DNA from: Candidatus Omnitrophota bacterium | Lineage (GTDB): Bacteria; Omnitrophota; Gorgyraeia; Tantalellales; Tantalellaceae | Reading direction: 5' to 3' | NCBI GenBank assembly: GCA_043811395.1 | Contig: JBDRNE010000007.1 | Location: forward strand, 1-48,737 | DNA length: 48,737 nt | Part shown: one piece after another, positions 18,401-27,545 of the stretch | Layout of the letters: the number at the start of each line of letters is the position of its first letter | How positions within the stretch are numbered: position 1 is the first letter of the stretch | Made by a program: the position numbers and the translations under genes | The notes under the pieces: generated by a model | What the model was told of the DNA's origin: nothing | Database searches by the model: none | Seen by the model: only the letters and a program-made list of their open reading frames with translations

Positions 18401-18930
18401 TAAAAATTTTCAGGACCGAATATTTCAGCGTACTCCATCGCTGTTTTCTTAGCCTGATCATATTGCGAGGAAAGCAAAAAATAAGGGATTTCCCCTTTCA
18501 AACACGCTGACATGGCAATAATTCCTTTACTGCACCTGGCGAGAACTTCCTTATCAACACGCGGTTTATAATAAAAACCTTCGATATAGCTGATAGAAAC
18601 CATTTCTATTAAATTTTTGTATCCTGTAAGATTTTTCGCGAGAAGAACTAGATGGTGAGACGCGCCTCTAATGCCGTGACTTGTTTTATCAAAACGGCTC
18701 TCTGGCGCCACATACATTTCACACCCAATAATGGGTTTCAACCCTTTTGTTTTAGCTTTTTCGTAGAATTCAATAGCGCCAAACATATTTCCATGATCTG
18801 TTATAGCGCAACCCGGCATATTAAAATTCTTTGCGGCAGTCATCAACTCCTCAAGCCGGCAGGCGCCGTCAAGTAGACTAAACTGAGTATGAACATGTAA
18901 ATGTACAAAATCTGAGTGTGGTTTTGTCAT
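15478..18930 (-). CDS. dnaE: DNA polymerase III alpha subunit
   Basis: 1150 aa. PHP domain 'FVHLHVHTQFSLLDG', 'GPGRGSAAGS', 'MPDIDIDF', 'LKMDFLGLKTL', C-terminal OB fold. Confidence 0.95.
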   Translation of the reverse strand: MTKPHSDFVHLHVHTQFSLLDGACRLEELMTAAKNFNMPGCAITDHGNMFGAIEFYEKAKTKGLKPIIGCEMYVAPESRFDKTSHGIRGASHHLVLLAKNLTGYKNLIEMVSISYIEGFYYKPRVDKEVLARCSKGIIAMSACLKGEIPYFLLSSQYDQAKKTAMEYAEIFGPENFYLEIQDNGMEQQNKLNVDIIKLAKDTGLELVATNDVHYLNKSDAKAHDALLCVQTQTTLSDTNRMRFQTDQLYFKSPDEMKKSFAEVPEALANTIKILDRCNLDFTFDELHLPHFKAPDDEDNSVFFNRLVNDGIKKRYGTISDEIKKRTSHELKIIKDSGYESYFLIVWDFINHAKEKNISVGPGRGSAAGSIVSYALGITDIDPLRYGLIFERFLNPARVTMPDIDIDFCFERRGEVIDYVIEKYSKENVAQIITFGTMMAKGVLRDVGRVMSIPYAEVDKIAKLVPADSGITLQQALEVEPELRKQYEEDPVVRQLIDTSKRLEGLNRHASTHAAGVVISDKPLHKRIPLFKTADDQITTGYSMKSLEKIGMLKMDFLGLKTLTVIDQAVKIVKRTRQEEIDINSISLEDKKTFDLLIKAETSGVFQLESSGMRDLLRKIRPEKFEDLIAILALYRPGPMGSGMLDEFIKRKQGKIEVKYDHPALEPILKETYGIIVFQEQVMQIVSTLAGFSMAEADNVRKVMGKKIHEALETIKLQFLTGAQKNNVNKETAEKIWDFIAYFAGYGFNKSHSAAYAMVSYRTAFLKANYPVEFMTALLTSEKNNTDKISDYINESIRMGINILPPDVNESFRDFTVVGTDIRFGLSAVKNVGAGAAENIIDTRKNNGRFESIYDFAQKAELRTVNRKVVESLIKCGAFDSTNIYRSQAMAILDKVLNIASKTNRDRSLGQLSFFDDASADDSFKKNFQEMPDIPEWPEQQLLANEKEMLSFYITKHPLVRFEKLLNAYSTARISEFAGMADGKEVLVGGIINKARITVTRKKAEKMAIVSLADLETFIEVLVFPKAYRKAPELIREDELVYVYGRLNLREEEPKIVAEDIIPLEKVKEKFTKSVLIRISTDIVEEDMMLRIKRVLKRYKGVTTVFIDLVAPEGRTVRISVDKDLFVSPQDELIENIESIVGTGNIKFLTR

Positions 18931-19040
18931 GATGGTTATTAAATTCGTGCTTCATCATTCTGGTATAAGAATTGTTATATATGAAGCATAGGCTACTTGT
19001 TTACTACTCGAGGGAATCCGTTTTTAAAAAGTTTTACGCT

Positions 19041-20201
19041 CTATTTCTTCATGCCAACACGCTGAGCCGCTTGATAAACTTTTCCTTCAGTTTGTATAGA
19101 AGGCGCTATAATCATCTTAACAAGTTGCATTTCACGGATGTTATGAGCACCGAGATTGCCCATACTTGTTGCAAGCGCTCCGACAAGATTTTGAGTACCA
19201 TCATCAAGCCGTGCGGGTCCGTATAAAATCTCTTCTAAAGTACCGGCTGTTCCTACCTGGATGCGGGTTCCCCGCGGAAGTGAAGGATGCGGCATGGCCA
19301 TACCCCAATGGTACCCTCTCCCGGGCGATTCTTTTGCTCTTGCAAACGCGTTTCCTAGCATAACAGCGTCAGCACCCGCCGCAAAAGCTTTACAAACATC
19401 CCCGCCTGTCGCCATACCTCCGTCAGTAATTATTGAAACATATCTGCCCGTCTTCTTGTAATAGAAATCCCTGGCCGACGCGCAATCACAAGTTGCCGTA
19501 ATCTGAGGCACACCGATACCAAGAACTCCGCGGGATGTACATGCAGTTCCCGGGCCTATGCCGACAAAAATTCCTTGGCATCCGGTTTCCATAAGACTAA
19601 GCGTAGCTTTATAGTCGACACAGTTGCCTAAAAGAACCGGAATTTTCATTTCTTTACAGAACTGGAACAGATTCAAAGGCTCATATTCACTGGACTCATG
19701 GTTAACACTTATAACTGTTGATTGGATTATAAAAATGTCACATCCAGCCTCGCGTGCAATAGGTCCAAATTCTCCGGCAACTTGCGGATTACAACTAACA
19801 ACTGCCGGCACCCCGGCAGATTTAATTTCAGTTATACGTTTCGAAATAAGCTCTTTTTTGATAGGTTTTGAATAAACATCCTGAATAATTTTCGTTGACT
19901 CAGTAGGGTCACACTTAACAATTTTTTCTACAGCCTCTTCAGGGTTTTCATACCGAGTGGATATCCCTTCCAAATGGAGAACAGCAACTCCTCCCAGCTT
20001 CCCCATCGCGATCGCAAAATTTACGTCAACTACACCATCCATTGACGATGCCATTATCGGAGCTTGAAAGTCTATCCCCCCGATTTTGCACGAAGTATCA
20101 ACATCATTCGGGTTTATGGTTAATTCCCCCGGAACTAATGCTACTTCATCAAATCCATAGCTTCGTCTTGCCTTACGCCCTTTTCCAACCCACATTCCCA
20201 T
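19041..20201 (-). CDS. IMP dehydrogenase-related protein (GuaB3-type, no CBS insert)
   Basis: 386 aa TIM-barrel. 'FDEVALVPG', 'PIMASSMDGV', 'GIGPGTACTSR', 'IITDGGMATGGDVCKAFAAGADAVMLG'. Confidence 0.8.
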   Translation of the reverse strand: MGMWVGKGRKARRSYGFDEVALVPGELTINPNDVDTSCKIGGIDFQAPIMASSMDGVVDVNFAIAMGKLGGVAVLHLEGISTRYENPEEAVEKIVKCDPTESTKIIQDVYSKPIKKELISKRITEIKSAGVPAVVSCNPQVAGEFGPIAREAGCDIFIIQSTVISVNHESSEYEPLNLFQFCKEMKIPVLLGNCVDYKATLSLMETGCQGIFVGIGPGTACTSRGVLGIGVPQITATCDCASARDFYYKKTGRYVSIITDGGMATGGDVCKAFAAGADAVMLGNAFARAKESPGRGYHWGMAMPHPSLPRGTRIQVGTAGTLEEILYGPARLDDGTQNLVGALATSMGNLGAHNIREMQLVKMIIAPSIQTEGKVYQAAQRVGMKK

Positions 20202-20275
20202 AATTTACTCCTGCCTATTACCGTTGAATTAAGCTTATAAACGTGTTTGAGAATAATATTAATAAATAAGTAATC

Positions 20276-20304
20276 ATGATACAAAAGTGTGTCTGATTTG
20301 TCAA
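20276..20304 (-). promoter_or_regulatory. Sigma-70-type promoter candidate upstream of the GuaB3-like gene
   Basis: Minus strand TTGACA (20299-20304), 17 nt, TATCAT (20276-20281). Confidence 0.4.
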
Positions 20305-20363
20305 GAAAAGATACGTCGGAATTTAATTTGTGTGAATAAAACTAAAACTCACGGAAAGAAAAC

Positions 20364-22049
20364 TTATTTTACTTCAAAAATCGCGTTTTCGGAACGAACT
20401 CCTCGCCATCTCATGTTGCCGATAACGCCTTCTGCGACGTTTGTCAAATGGTCTCCTATTTTTTCTAGGTTATCAACAAAATCCATAAAAATAACTCCGG
20501 ATTTTATGTCGCATAACTTTTTGTTAAGCCGACCAACATGGCCTTTTTTCAAATTAACCTGAAACCGGTTAATGCTTTGTTCCCGGCACAATACACGTTC
20601 AGCCATTTGCATATCTCTGTTTTTTAGAGCTTCTTCCGTTTCTCTCATCATGCTGTTTAACTCATTCCACATTAAAGTCAGTTCATTAATTGCCGCGGAG
20701 CTTAATGGAAGTCGTTGTTCTATTTTTCTTTCAGCAAGCTCTGCTATATTTTCCGCATGGTCGCCTATCCGCTCAACATCATTCACGTTGTGAATTAAAA
20801 CGGGAAGCTCTTCTGACTCTGTCTGACCAAGCCTCTGCTGGGAAAGCTCTATCAAGTACTGTGTAATCGCTGACTGAAGGTTATCCACCGCCTGTTCAAA
20901 CTTATCTACTGATTTTAAAGCATTCATATCATGCTTCAAAAAACTATTTACAGCGCATCCCACAGACTGTGAAGCCAACCCTATCATTCTTACGGTTTCT
21001 CTGCGAGCTTGCTCCATAGCTATCGGGGGCGTATTCAAAAGATGTCTTTCCAGATATTGCGGGCCTATATCAATTACGCCTTTTCGTTTGGGAACAAGAA
21101 AAATACTCGCTTTTTCAAGAAACCCTATAAACGGTAAAAACATCGCGGCATTGATACATTTAAAAAGACTGTTCGCAACAGCTATATAAAACATTATGTT
21201 TAGCGTGGTCATTTGCCCTGGAATAATGAAATCCACAAATTCCGTAAACCATCCGGGGTAAACAAAAATCATAATAAACCCAACACCGATAACATTAAAG
21301 AGAGTGTGCGACATCGCGGCTCTACGCGCTTCTAAATTTGTATTAACTGCCGCAAGCTGTGCTGTTATAGTCGTTCCAATATCACCGCCTAGCATAAGGG
21401 TAATTGCGGCTGGAAAACTGATAATACCATTAAACGCCATAATCTGCACAATCGCTATTGTCGCGCTTGAAGACTGAACGAGCATAGTGACAATCATCCC
21501 GACTAAAATACCAAGAATCGGATTGGACCCAAACCTGATGAACATATCTTTCACATGCTGACTCTCTTGTAATGGAGCAAAAGCGTCTTGCAGGTATCCT
21601 AATCCCATAAACAAAAGGCCGAATCCCATAAGAACCTGGCCCCAAAACCGCATCCGTTTTGTCCGGCCCATCATGTTAAGACCAAATCCAATACCTACAA
21701 CAGGAAGAGCATATTGCGTAACCTTGAAAACCGACATTGAAGAAACAAGCCACGCGGTAAAAGTCGTACCGATATTCGCTCCGATAATAACACTTATAGC
21801 TTGTTTGAGAACAAGAAGCCCGGCATTTACAAAACCGACTACCATTACGGTAGTCGCGCTTGAAGACTGGATAAGACAAGTTATAGCCGCACCAACCAAA
21901 ATCCCAATAATGGGAAGTTTGGTCACCATTGAAAGTATAGATCTAAGTCTTTCTCCGGCAATATTTTTCAACCCTTCCGACATAATCTGCATGCCGAAAA
22001 AGAAAAGGCCTAATCCTCCTATAACTGAACATATTAAGTTTGGTATCAT
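20364..22049 (-). CDS. Na+/phosphate cotransporter family protein with C-terminal PhoU-like repeats
   Basis: 561 aa. Duplicated 'QSSSAT' transporter motif ('LIQSSSATTVMVVG', 'LVQSSSATIAIVQ') and two PhoU-like 'E[RK]IGDH' motifs ('ERIGDHAENI', 'EKIGDHLTNV'). Confidence 0.85.
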   Translation of the reverse strand: MIPNLICSVIGGLGLFFFGMQIMSEGLKNIAGERLRSILSMVTKLPIIGILVGAAITCLIQSSSATTVMVVGFVNAGLLVLKQAISVIIGANIGTTFTAWLVSSMSVFKVTQYALPVVGIGFGLNMMGRTKRMRFWGQVLMGFGLLFMGLGYLQDAFAPLQESQHVKDMFIRFGSNPILGILVGMIVTMLVQSSSATIAIVQIMAFNGIISFPAAITLMLGGDIGTTITAQLAAVNTNLEARRAAMSHTLFNVIGVGFIMIFVYPGWFTEFVDFIIPGQMTTLNIMFYIAVANSLFKCINAAMFLPFIGFLEKASIFLVPKRKGVIDIGPQYLERHLLNTPPIAMEQARRETVRMIGLASQSVGCAVNSFLKHDMNALKSVDKFEQAVDNLQSAITQYLIELSQQRLGQTESEELPVLIHNVNDVERIGDHAENIAELAERKIEQRLPLSSAAINELTLMWNELNSMMRETEEALKNRDMQMAERVLCREQSINRFQVNLKKGHVGRLNKKLCDIKSGVIFMDFVDNLEKIGDHLTNVAEGVIGNMRWRGVRSENAIFEVK

Positions 22050-22264
22050 AAGTGTTTTGCTGAATTTTATGAACGTTTTTACTGCGAAATTTAATTGAAT
22101 TTTATTGTCAGCGTTAACCTAACATAAACTAAAGCGCATGTCAAGAATGGAGACTAAATTTAGTGTCAAAAATCATGAAAACTGTGATTTATAATTAACC
22201 CCAGATATCTTCTTTCAGTCGATTTCAGGTTAACTCTCACCGAAAGTGTCCACAATATGTTACA

Positions 22265-23080
22265 CTATGTGCCGATTCGAACCGTATCAAAATAACCCGC
22301 TAATGCGGCGCACGCGGCTAACGCCGCTAAATAACTCGTTTTCGGATTGTCGGGCGACGGTACGTTTTCAACACGCAAACTTATTTTTCCGGCCTTGCCT
22401 TCCATGACAATTTCATGTATGTTTTTCGTGTATTCCGGGGAAACAATTATCCGCACTTTTGTCTTTTCCGCACCCATACCCGCAATAGATAAAAGTGCAG
22501 AAACATTTACATTCTTAGGAAACCCTTTTACCGCCTCAATTGCGTTGCCTTCAAATACAATTGTTTCTGTCGTGAAAGTATCCACATTAATATTGTTTTC
22601 CAAAAGATAAGGAGCTCCCTTAATCGAACGTGGAGCTTTACGCGTAGTCAGCGTTACTTTTTCGAGTCCACCAACATTAAAAGATTTAAGCCCGTCTATA
22701 GCCGCGATAGCTCCTGAGGGCAGAATAACAATTAACCCTTTATTCCGGGCCATATCAAGATAGTCTTCGTTACCTAAGAGGCCGCCTATACTCATAACCA
22801 TAAGATCTTTACCTTCTCGTAGCACGTTTTCAAAAATCGCGGAAACAGCACCAGCTGACGCGGCTTCAATAACAAGGTCTGATTTCTCAACCAGGTCTTT
22901 CATTGACGTTGCGATTTCAACATTGTTGAGTTTATCCGCCAAAGTTTTCATTTTATCTATATCGCTGTCAAATAGAATCAGCTGGTTTATGAATCTGTTC
23001 AAATGGCTTTCGGCATATTCAGCAAGACACTTCCCTATAGCACCCGCGCCAATTATGCCTATCGTTTTGTTCTCCATCAT
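22265..23080 (-). CDS. nadX: L-aspartate dehydrogenase
   Basis: 271 aa. Rossmann 'IGIIGAGAIGK', 'LPSGAIAAIDGL', 'VENVPSPDNPKTS' as in Thermotoga-type NadX. Adjacent to nadA. Confidence 0.85.
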   Translation of the reverse strand: MMENKTIGIIGAGAIGKCLAEYAESHLNRFINQLILFDSDIDKMKTLADKLNNVEIATSMKDLVEKSDLVIEAASAGAVSAIFENVLREGKDLMVMSIGGLLGNEDYLDMARNKGLIVILPSGAIAAIDGLKSFNVGGLEKVTLTTRKAPRSIKGAPYLLENNINVDTFTTETIVFEGNAIEAVKGFPKNVNVSALLSIAGMGAEKTKVRIIVSPEYTKNIHEIVMEGKAGKISLRVENVPSPDNPKTSYLAALAACAALAGYFDTVRIGT

Positions 23081-23092
23081 TTTCCCCTTCGG

Positions 23093-24030
23093 CTAAGACA
23101 CCGCAAGCATTTTTTCCAAAGCTTTACGGGCTTTTTCCGTAACATCGTTTGGAACTTCTATTTTATATACTTTTTTCTCAAGAGACCTCACTAGCCACCC
23201 AAGAGTCGTCAGTTTCATATTCGCGCATATAAATTGTTCGGTAGGAACATAAAAATTTTTGCCAGGATTATCCCGTTGTAATTTATAGATAATTCCCAGT
23301 TCCGTACCGATAATAAATTCTTTTGATTCAGAATTTTTAACATATTTGATCATGCCCGCGGTACTGCCGACATAATCAGCTAACGCAATAACTTCTTCCC
23401 GGCATTCAGGATGGGCGATAAATTCTGCATCAGGATGAAGCTTCTTTGTTTTCAAAACCTCATCGGCTGTTAATCTCATATGAACCGTACAATAACCATC
23501 CCACAAAATTATTTCTTTATCTCGAACATGTTCTGAAACATACCTCCCGAGATTTTTATCCGGAACAAATATTATTTGTTTTTGTTTTAAAGATTTGACA
23601 ACATTAATCGCGTTTGAAGAAGTACAGCAAATATCACTTTCAGCTTTTACATGCGCGGTAGAATTAACATAACAGACAACCGCGGCAGAAGGATACTCTC
23701 TTTTTTTTCACGAAGTTTTTCAACCGTAACCATGTCGGCAAGCGGGCATCCCGCTTCTTCTACCGGCAAAAGTATTGTTTTATCCGGACTTAGCATATAA
23801 GCGCTTTCCGCCATAAATTTCACGCCGCAAAAAACAATAATTTTCTGAGACGCTTCTTTAACCTTACATGCCAACGCATAAGAATCACCCGTAATATCGG
23901 AAATTTCCTGTATTTCATCTCGCTGATAATTATGAGCCACAATTAAAACGTTATTTTTTTTCTTTAAATCCAAAATTTTTCTTTTCAGGTGTTCCTTGTA
24001 CTTAATATCAAATTCCGGTTTATGCATCAT
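23093..24030 (-). pseudogene. nadA: Quinolinate synthase NadA, reading frame broken once at an A8 run
   Basis: N-terminal ORF 23647..24030 ('VAHNYQRDEIQEISDITGDS', 'FCGVKFMAESA') and C-terminal ORF 23093..23506 ('DGYCTVHMR', 'IAHPEC'). The C-terminal frame stays open upstream to the run and reads 'KKREYPSAAVVCYVNSTAHVKAESDICCTSSNA...'. The span is 938 nt, not a multiple of 3. The break is at T8, plus-strand 23701-23708. Confidence 0.85.
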
Positions 24031-24063
24031 TATTCCTTTTGTTAGTTACCCTCCACTATTAAC

Positions 24064-24095
24064 CATTACGGGAGGACGCAAGGCCCTCCCCTACA
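24064..24095. repeat. GC-rich hairpin repeat, family 1, copy b
   Basis: CATTAC-GGGAGG (24070-24075), 9-nt loop, CCTCCC (24085-24090), CTACA. Lies in the panC-nadA spacer. Confidence 0.7.
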
Positions 24096-24115
24096 ATATT
24101 TTATCCATTGTCCAT

Positions 24116-24970
24116 TTATGATTCACCATCTACCACTACGTTATCAATAAGACGCGTGTTTCCCACAAAAATTGCCACAGCTATAAGGGTCTTTTCTTTT
24201 ATTGTTTCAACCGGTTGTAAACTTTCATTGTCAACAATCGCGATATAATCAATTTTGATATCTTTTTCCGAGATTAAAATCTGCTTTATTTTACGAAAAA
24301 TCCGACTGGAACAAACTTCTCCCTGTTCAACCATTTTTTTTACCGCGCATAAAGCCTTATAAAGCGACAAGGCTTGAATCCGTTCGTTTTCGGAAAGATA
24401 TGAATTCCTTGAACTCATTGCCAATCCGTCATTATCCCTAATTATTGGCATAACACTAATACCAGTACTAAAATTCAAGTCACAGGCCATCCGTTTAATT
24501 ATAACCGCCTGCTGAGCGTCCTTTTGCCCAAAATAACTCATATCCGGCTGGCAAATATTAAATAATTTGGCCACTACTGTTGTTACGCCTCTAAAGTGTC
24601 CCGGTCGCGTAGCACCGCATAAACAATTAGCTAATTTAGCATCAACTTCAACATAAGTCGCTAAACTGTCTGGATACATTTCGGCATTTGTTGGCGCAAA
24701 AAGAACATCAACGTTAGCGGATTCTAAAATTTCGCGATCTCTTTTAATATCTCGCGGATATTTGTCGAAATCTTCACCGGCAGAAAACTGTTTTTTGTTT
24801 ACAAAAACACTTACTATTACAACATCACATTCATCAGCGGCCGCGCGAACAAGACTTAAATGACCTTCATGCAAACTACCCATGGTGGGAACAAGGCCTA
24901 TTGTTTTACAATTTCTTTTCGCGTTTTTCACATAAACGCCGATATCCTGAATTGCTGTAAAAAATTCCAT
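24116..24970 (-). CDS. panC: Pantoate--beta-alanine ligase
   Basis: 284 aa. 'GLVPTMGSLHEGHLSLV', 'FGQKDAQQ', 'SSRN'. Confidence 0.93.
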   Translation of the reverse strand: MEFFTAIQDIGVYVKNAKRNCKTIGLVPTMGSLHEGHLSLVRAAADECDVVIVSVFVNKKQFSAGEDFDKYPRDIKRDREILESANVDVLFAPTNAEMYPDSLATYVEVDAKLANCLCGATRPGHFRGVTTVVAKLFNICQPDMSYFGQKDAQQAVIIKRMACDLNFSTGISVMPIIRDNDGLAMSSRNSYLSENERIQALSLYKALCAVKKMVEQGEVCSSRIFRKIKQILISEKDIKIDYIAIVDNESLQPVETIKEKTLIAVAIFVGNTRLIDNVVVDGES

Positions 24971-25008
24971 ATTATACTTTATTTGCGTGCATCACAGATT
25001 GCAAGCCT

Positions 25009-25482
25009 TCATTCAAAACAACCTGCCAACATATTTTCATAAATTTCCGAAACTGTTTTCTTATAAACCGGGTGAACCTCATCCGGAGCGATTTCAACAA
25101 GACCCTTCAAAACAAAATACCTTTTATGCATACGCGGATGCGGAATTATAAGTGTTTCCGTATTTATAATCGCATTACCATAAAACAAAATGTCTATATC
25201 AATTATTCTGGGATAATTCCTTGGACAGGAACACCGTCCCATTTCACTCTCGATATTTTTTAATGTCCCTATTAAGCATCCGGGTGAAATTGTCGTTTTT
25301 ATCTTAACAACACCATTTAGATAATCTCCCTGAACCGGGCCATCGACAGGTTTGGTAACATAAAAAGTTGACTTCTCAATTATCTCAATGCCGTCAACAC
25401 TCGCAAGCTTTTTAACCGCCAACTCCAGATGTTTCTTTTTATCTCCAAGATTCGATCCTAACCCCAGATATGAAACAGTCAT
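25009..25482 (-). CDS. folK: 2-amino-4-hydroxy-6-hydroxymethyldihydropteridine diphosphokinase
   Basis: 157 aa. 'YLGLGSNLGD', 'RIIDIDILFY', 'LIIPHPRMHKRYFVL'. Confidence 0.88.
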   Translation of the reverse strand: MTVSYLGLGSNLGDKKKHLELAVKKLASVDGIEIIEKSTFYVTKPVDGPVQGDYLNGVVKIKTTISPGCLIGTLKNIESEMGRCSCPRNYPRIIDIDILFYGNAIINTETLIIPHPRMHKRYFVLKGLVEIAPDEVHPVYKKTVSEIYENMLAGCFE

Positions 25483-25508
25483 AAGAAAATCAACCTTTTT
25501 ATTTATCG

Positions 25509-26678
25509 TTAACTGAAAAACTCTGTTTTAATACGGCTGACTACTTCTTTTAACTTATCTACGCCCACGGTTAACGCCATACGCACATATCCTTCTCCGC
25601 TTTTGCCAAACCCAATTCCCGGAGTAACAATTATATCCGTTTTTTCCAAAAGCGCTTTTGCCAAAGACGCGGAATCATATCCTCCAAAAACCGGAGCCCA
25701 TACATAAAATGTCGCTAAAGGTTTAGCTACCTGCCAACCTACTTCGTTCAATCCGTCAATAAGAGCAGACCGGCGCAAAGTGTATTCTTGATTAAATTCA
25801 CGTTTTATATCTTTACTGTTCCTTAAGGCTTCCATCGCCGCAATCTGTATGGGAGTAAATATCCCAGAATCAACGTTTGACTTGATCTTGGCAAGCCCGG
25901 CTACAATATCAGCGTTCCCCGCCGCCATACCTACCCTCCAGCCGGTCATATTAAATGTTTTTGAAAGCGAATGGAATTCAACCCCGACTTCTTTGGCTCC
26001 GGGAAGTTCCAGAAAACTCGGAGGATTAAACCCATCAAAACTTATTTCTGTATAAGCCGAGTCAGCGCAGACAATTATTTCATATTTTTTGGCAAAATCT
26101 ATAACTTCCGCATAAAAAGATTTGTCACATACCGCGCCAGTAGGGTTATTCGGATAATTTAAATGCATTAATTTGCATTTCCTCGCAATGCGTTCATCAA
26201 TATCCTTTAAATTCGGAAGAAAGTTGTTTTCAGCCTTAAGTGGCATAAAACGGGCTTTCCCACCGGCAAACAAGGTTCCGGAAGTATATGGCGGATACCC
26301 CGGGTCAGGAATAAGCACTTCATCTCCCGGATTTATAAAAGCAAGCGGGATATGCGCTATCCCGTCTTTTGAACCTAAAAGCGGCAGAATTTCCGTGTCC
26401 TGATCTAACTCAACATTAAACCGTTCCTTGTACCAAATCGCCATTTCTTTTCTTAAGGCTTTTAATCCTTTATTTAGAGCATATTTATGTGTTGTAGGAT
26501 CAGTGCTTGCCTCCTGCAGTTTTTTTACAATGAAATCCGGCGTGGGATTATCAGGGTCACCCACACCCAAATCAATAACTGGACGACCTTCTCTAATAGC
26601 TTTCTGTTTTGCTTTATCAATCTCTTCAAATAAATAAGGCGGCAATTGTTTTATTCTGTCAGCAAACTCCACTTTCAT
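25509..26678 (-). CDS. dapL: LL-diaminopimelate aminotransferase (class I aminotransferase, DapL-like)
   Basis: 389 aa. 'LPPYLFEEID', 'NYPNNPTG', PLP lysine context 'HSLSKTFNMTGWRVG'. The assignment to DapL relies on its position directly after dapB-dapA-dapF-lysA and on the absence of dapD/C/E here. Confidence 0.65.
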   Translation of the reverse strand: MKVEFADRIKQLPPYLFEEIDKAKQKAIREGRPVIDLGVGDPDNPTPDFIVKKLQEASTDPTTHKYALNKGLKALRKEMAIWYKERFNVELDQDTEILPLLGSKDGIAHIPLAFINPGDEVLIPDPGYPPYTSGTLFAGGKARFMPLKAENNFLPNLKDIDERIARKCKLMHLNYPNNPTGAVCDKSFYAEVIDFAKKYEIIVCADSAYTEISFDGFNPPSFLELPGAKEVGVEFHSLSKTFNMTGWRVGMAAGNADIVAGLAKIKSNVDSGIFTPIQIAAMEALRNSKDIKREFNQEYTLRRSALIDGLNEVGWQVAKPLATFYVWAPVFGGYDSASLAKALLEKTDIIVTPGIGFGKSGEGYVRMALTVGVDKLKEVVSRIKTEFFS

Positions 26679-26746
26679 ACCAAAAACTCCCTTCGCTTTT
26701 CGTATATCGTTTGTCGCGTATCGTATATCGATATCCAGTTAACCGG

Positions 26747-27490
26747 TTATCCTATCCCTAATACATCACGCATAGTATATAGTCCCGGCTTTTTTCCTAC
26801 CACAAACTTTGCCGCTTTGAGAGCTCCAACCGCGAAAACATCTCGGGACTTAGCGTCATGCCGTATCTCGAGCCTCTCAAATTCATTCTCAAAAATAATA
26901 CCGTGATTACCAATAACTTCACCTTTTCTAAATGCCTCAATAGGAACTCCCGCACCGCAGGCCTCCCTAATAACTTCTGCAATCATCTTAGCAGTACCGC
27001 TTGGCGAATCTTTTTTATGCACATGATGAGTTTCGTCAATTTTTACAGCAAAATCGTCCTGTAAAATTTTAGCCGTATCATGAACAATTTTAAAAAGCAC
27101 ATTAACGCCAACTGCCATATTCGGCGAAAACACTATTGGTATCACCATAGCCGCTGAACGAATTTTTTTCTCTTCTTCTTTCTTCAACCCCGTGGTACCA
27201 ATAACCATGGGCACTCTTTTTTTTCTACAAATTTCTAAATGCTCCATGGTTGACTCCGGCAAAGTAAACTCAATAAGACAATCCGTTTTGCCCAGCAAGC
27301 TTTCTATGTCAGGGGAAATAATCTCGTTAGCGCCTTCTATCCCAATAGCATCACTTATTTTTTTTCCGATACCATCTGACCCGCTAATTTCAAAACCAGC
27401 GATAATACTTACTTCCGGGTCACAAGACGCCAAAAACGCGATTTTCCGGCCCATTTTTCCACAAATACCGCTTATACCTAAACGCATCAT
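26747..27490 (-). CDS. dapB: 4-hydroxy-tetrahydrodipicolinate reductase
   Basis: 247 aa. 'GISGICGKMGR', 'IGTTG', 'ETHHVHKKDSPSGTA'. Confidence 0.88.
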   Translation of the reverse strand: MMRLGISGICGKMGRKIAFLASCDPEVSIIAGFEISGSDGIGKKISDAIGIEGANEIISPDIESLLGKTDCLIEFTLPESTMEHLEICRKKRVPMVIGTTGLKKEEEKKIRSAAMVIPIVFSPNMAVGVNVLFKIVHDTAKILQDDFAVKIDETHHVHKKDSPSGTAKMIAEVIREACGAGVPIEAFRKGEVIGNHGIIFENEFERLEIRHDAKSRDVFAVGALKAAKFVVGKKPGLYTMRDVLGIG

Positions 27491-27545
27491 ATCCCCCTAT
27501 TCAAACCGATAAGAAATATTGCCTTACACTCAATAATTTAAATTT

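Noticed and set aside
22270-22285. GATTCGAACC, a tRNA T-arm-like string
   Set aside because: It lies inside the nadX coding sequence (C-terminal '...VRIGT'). No acceptor or anticodon stems can be drawn around it.
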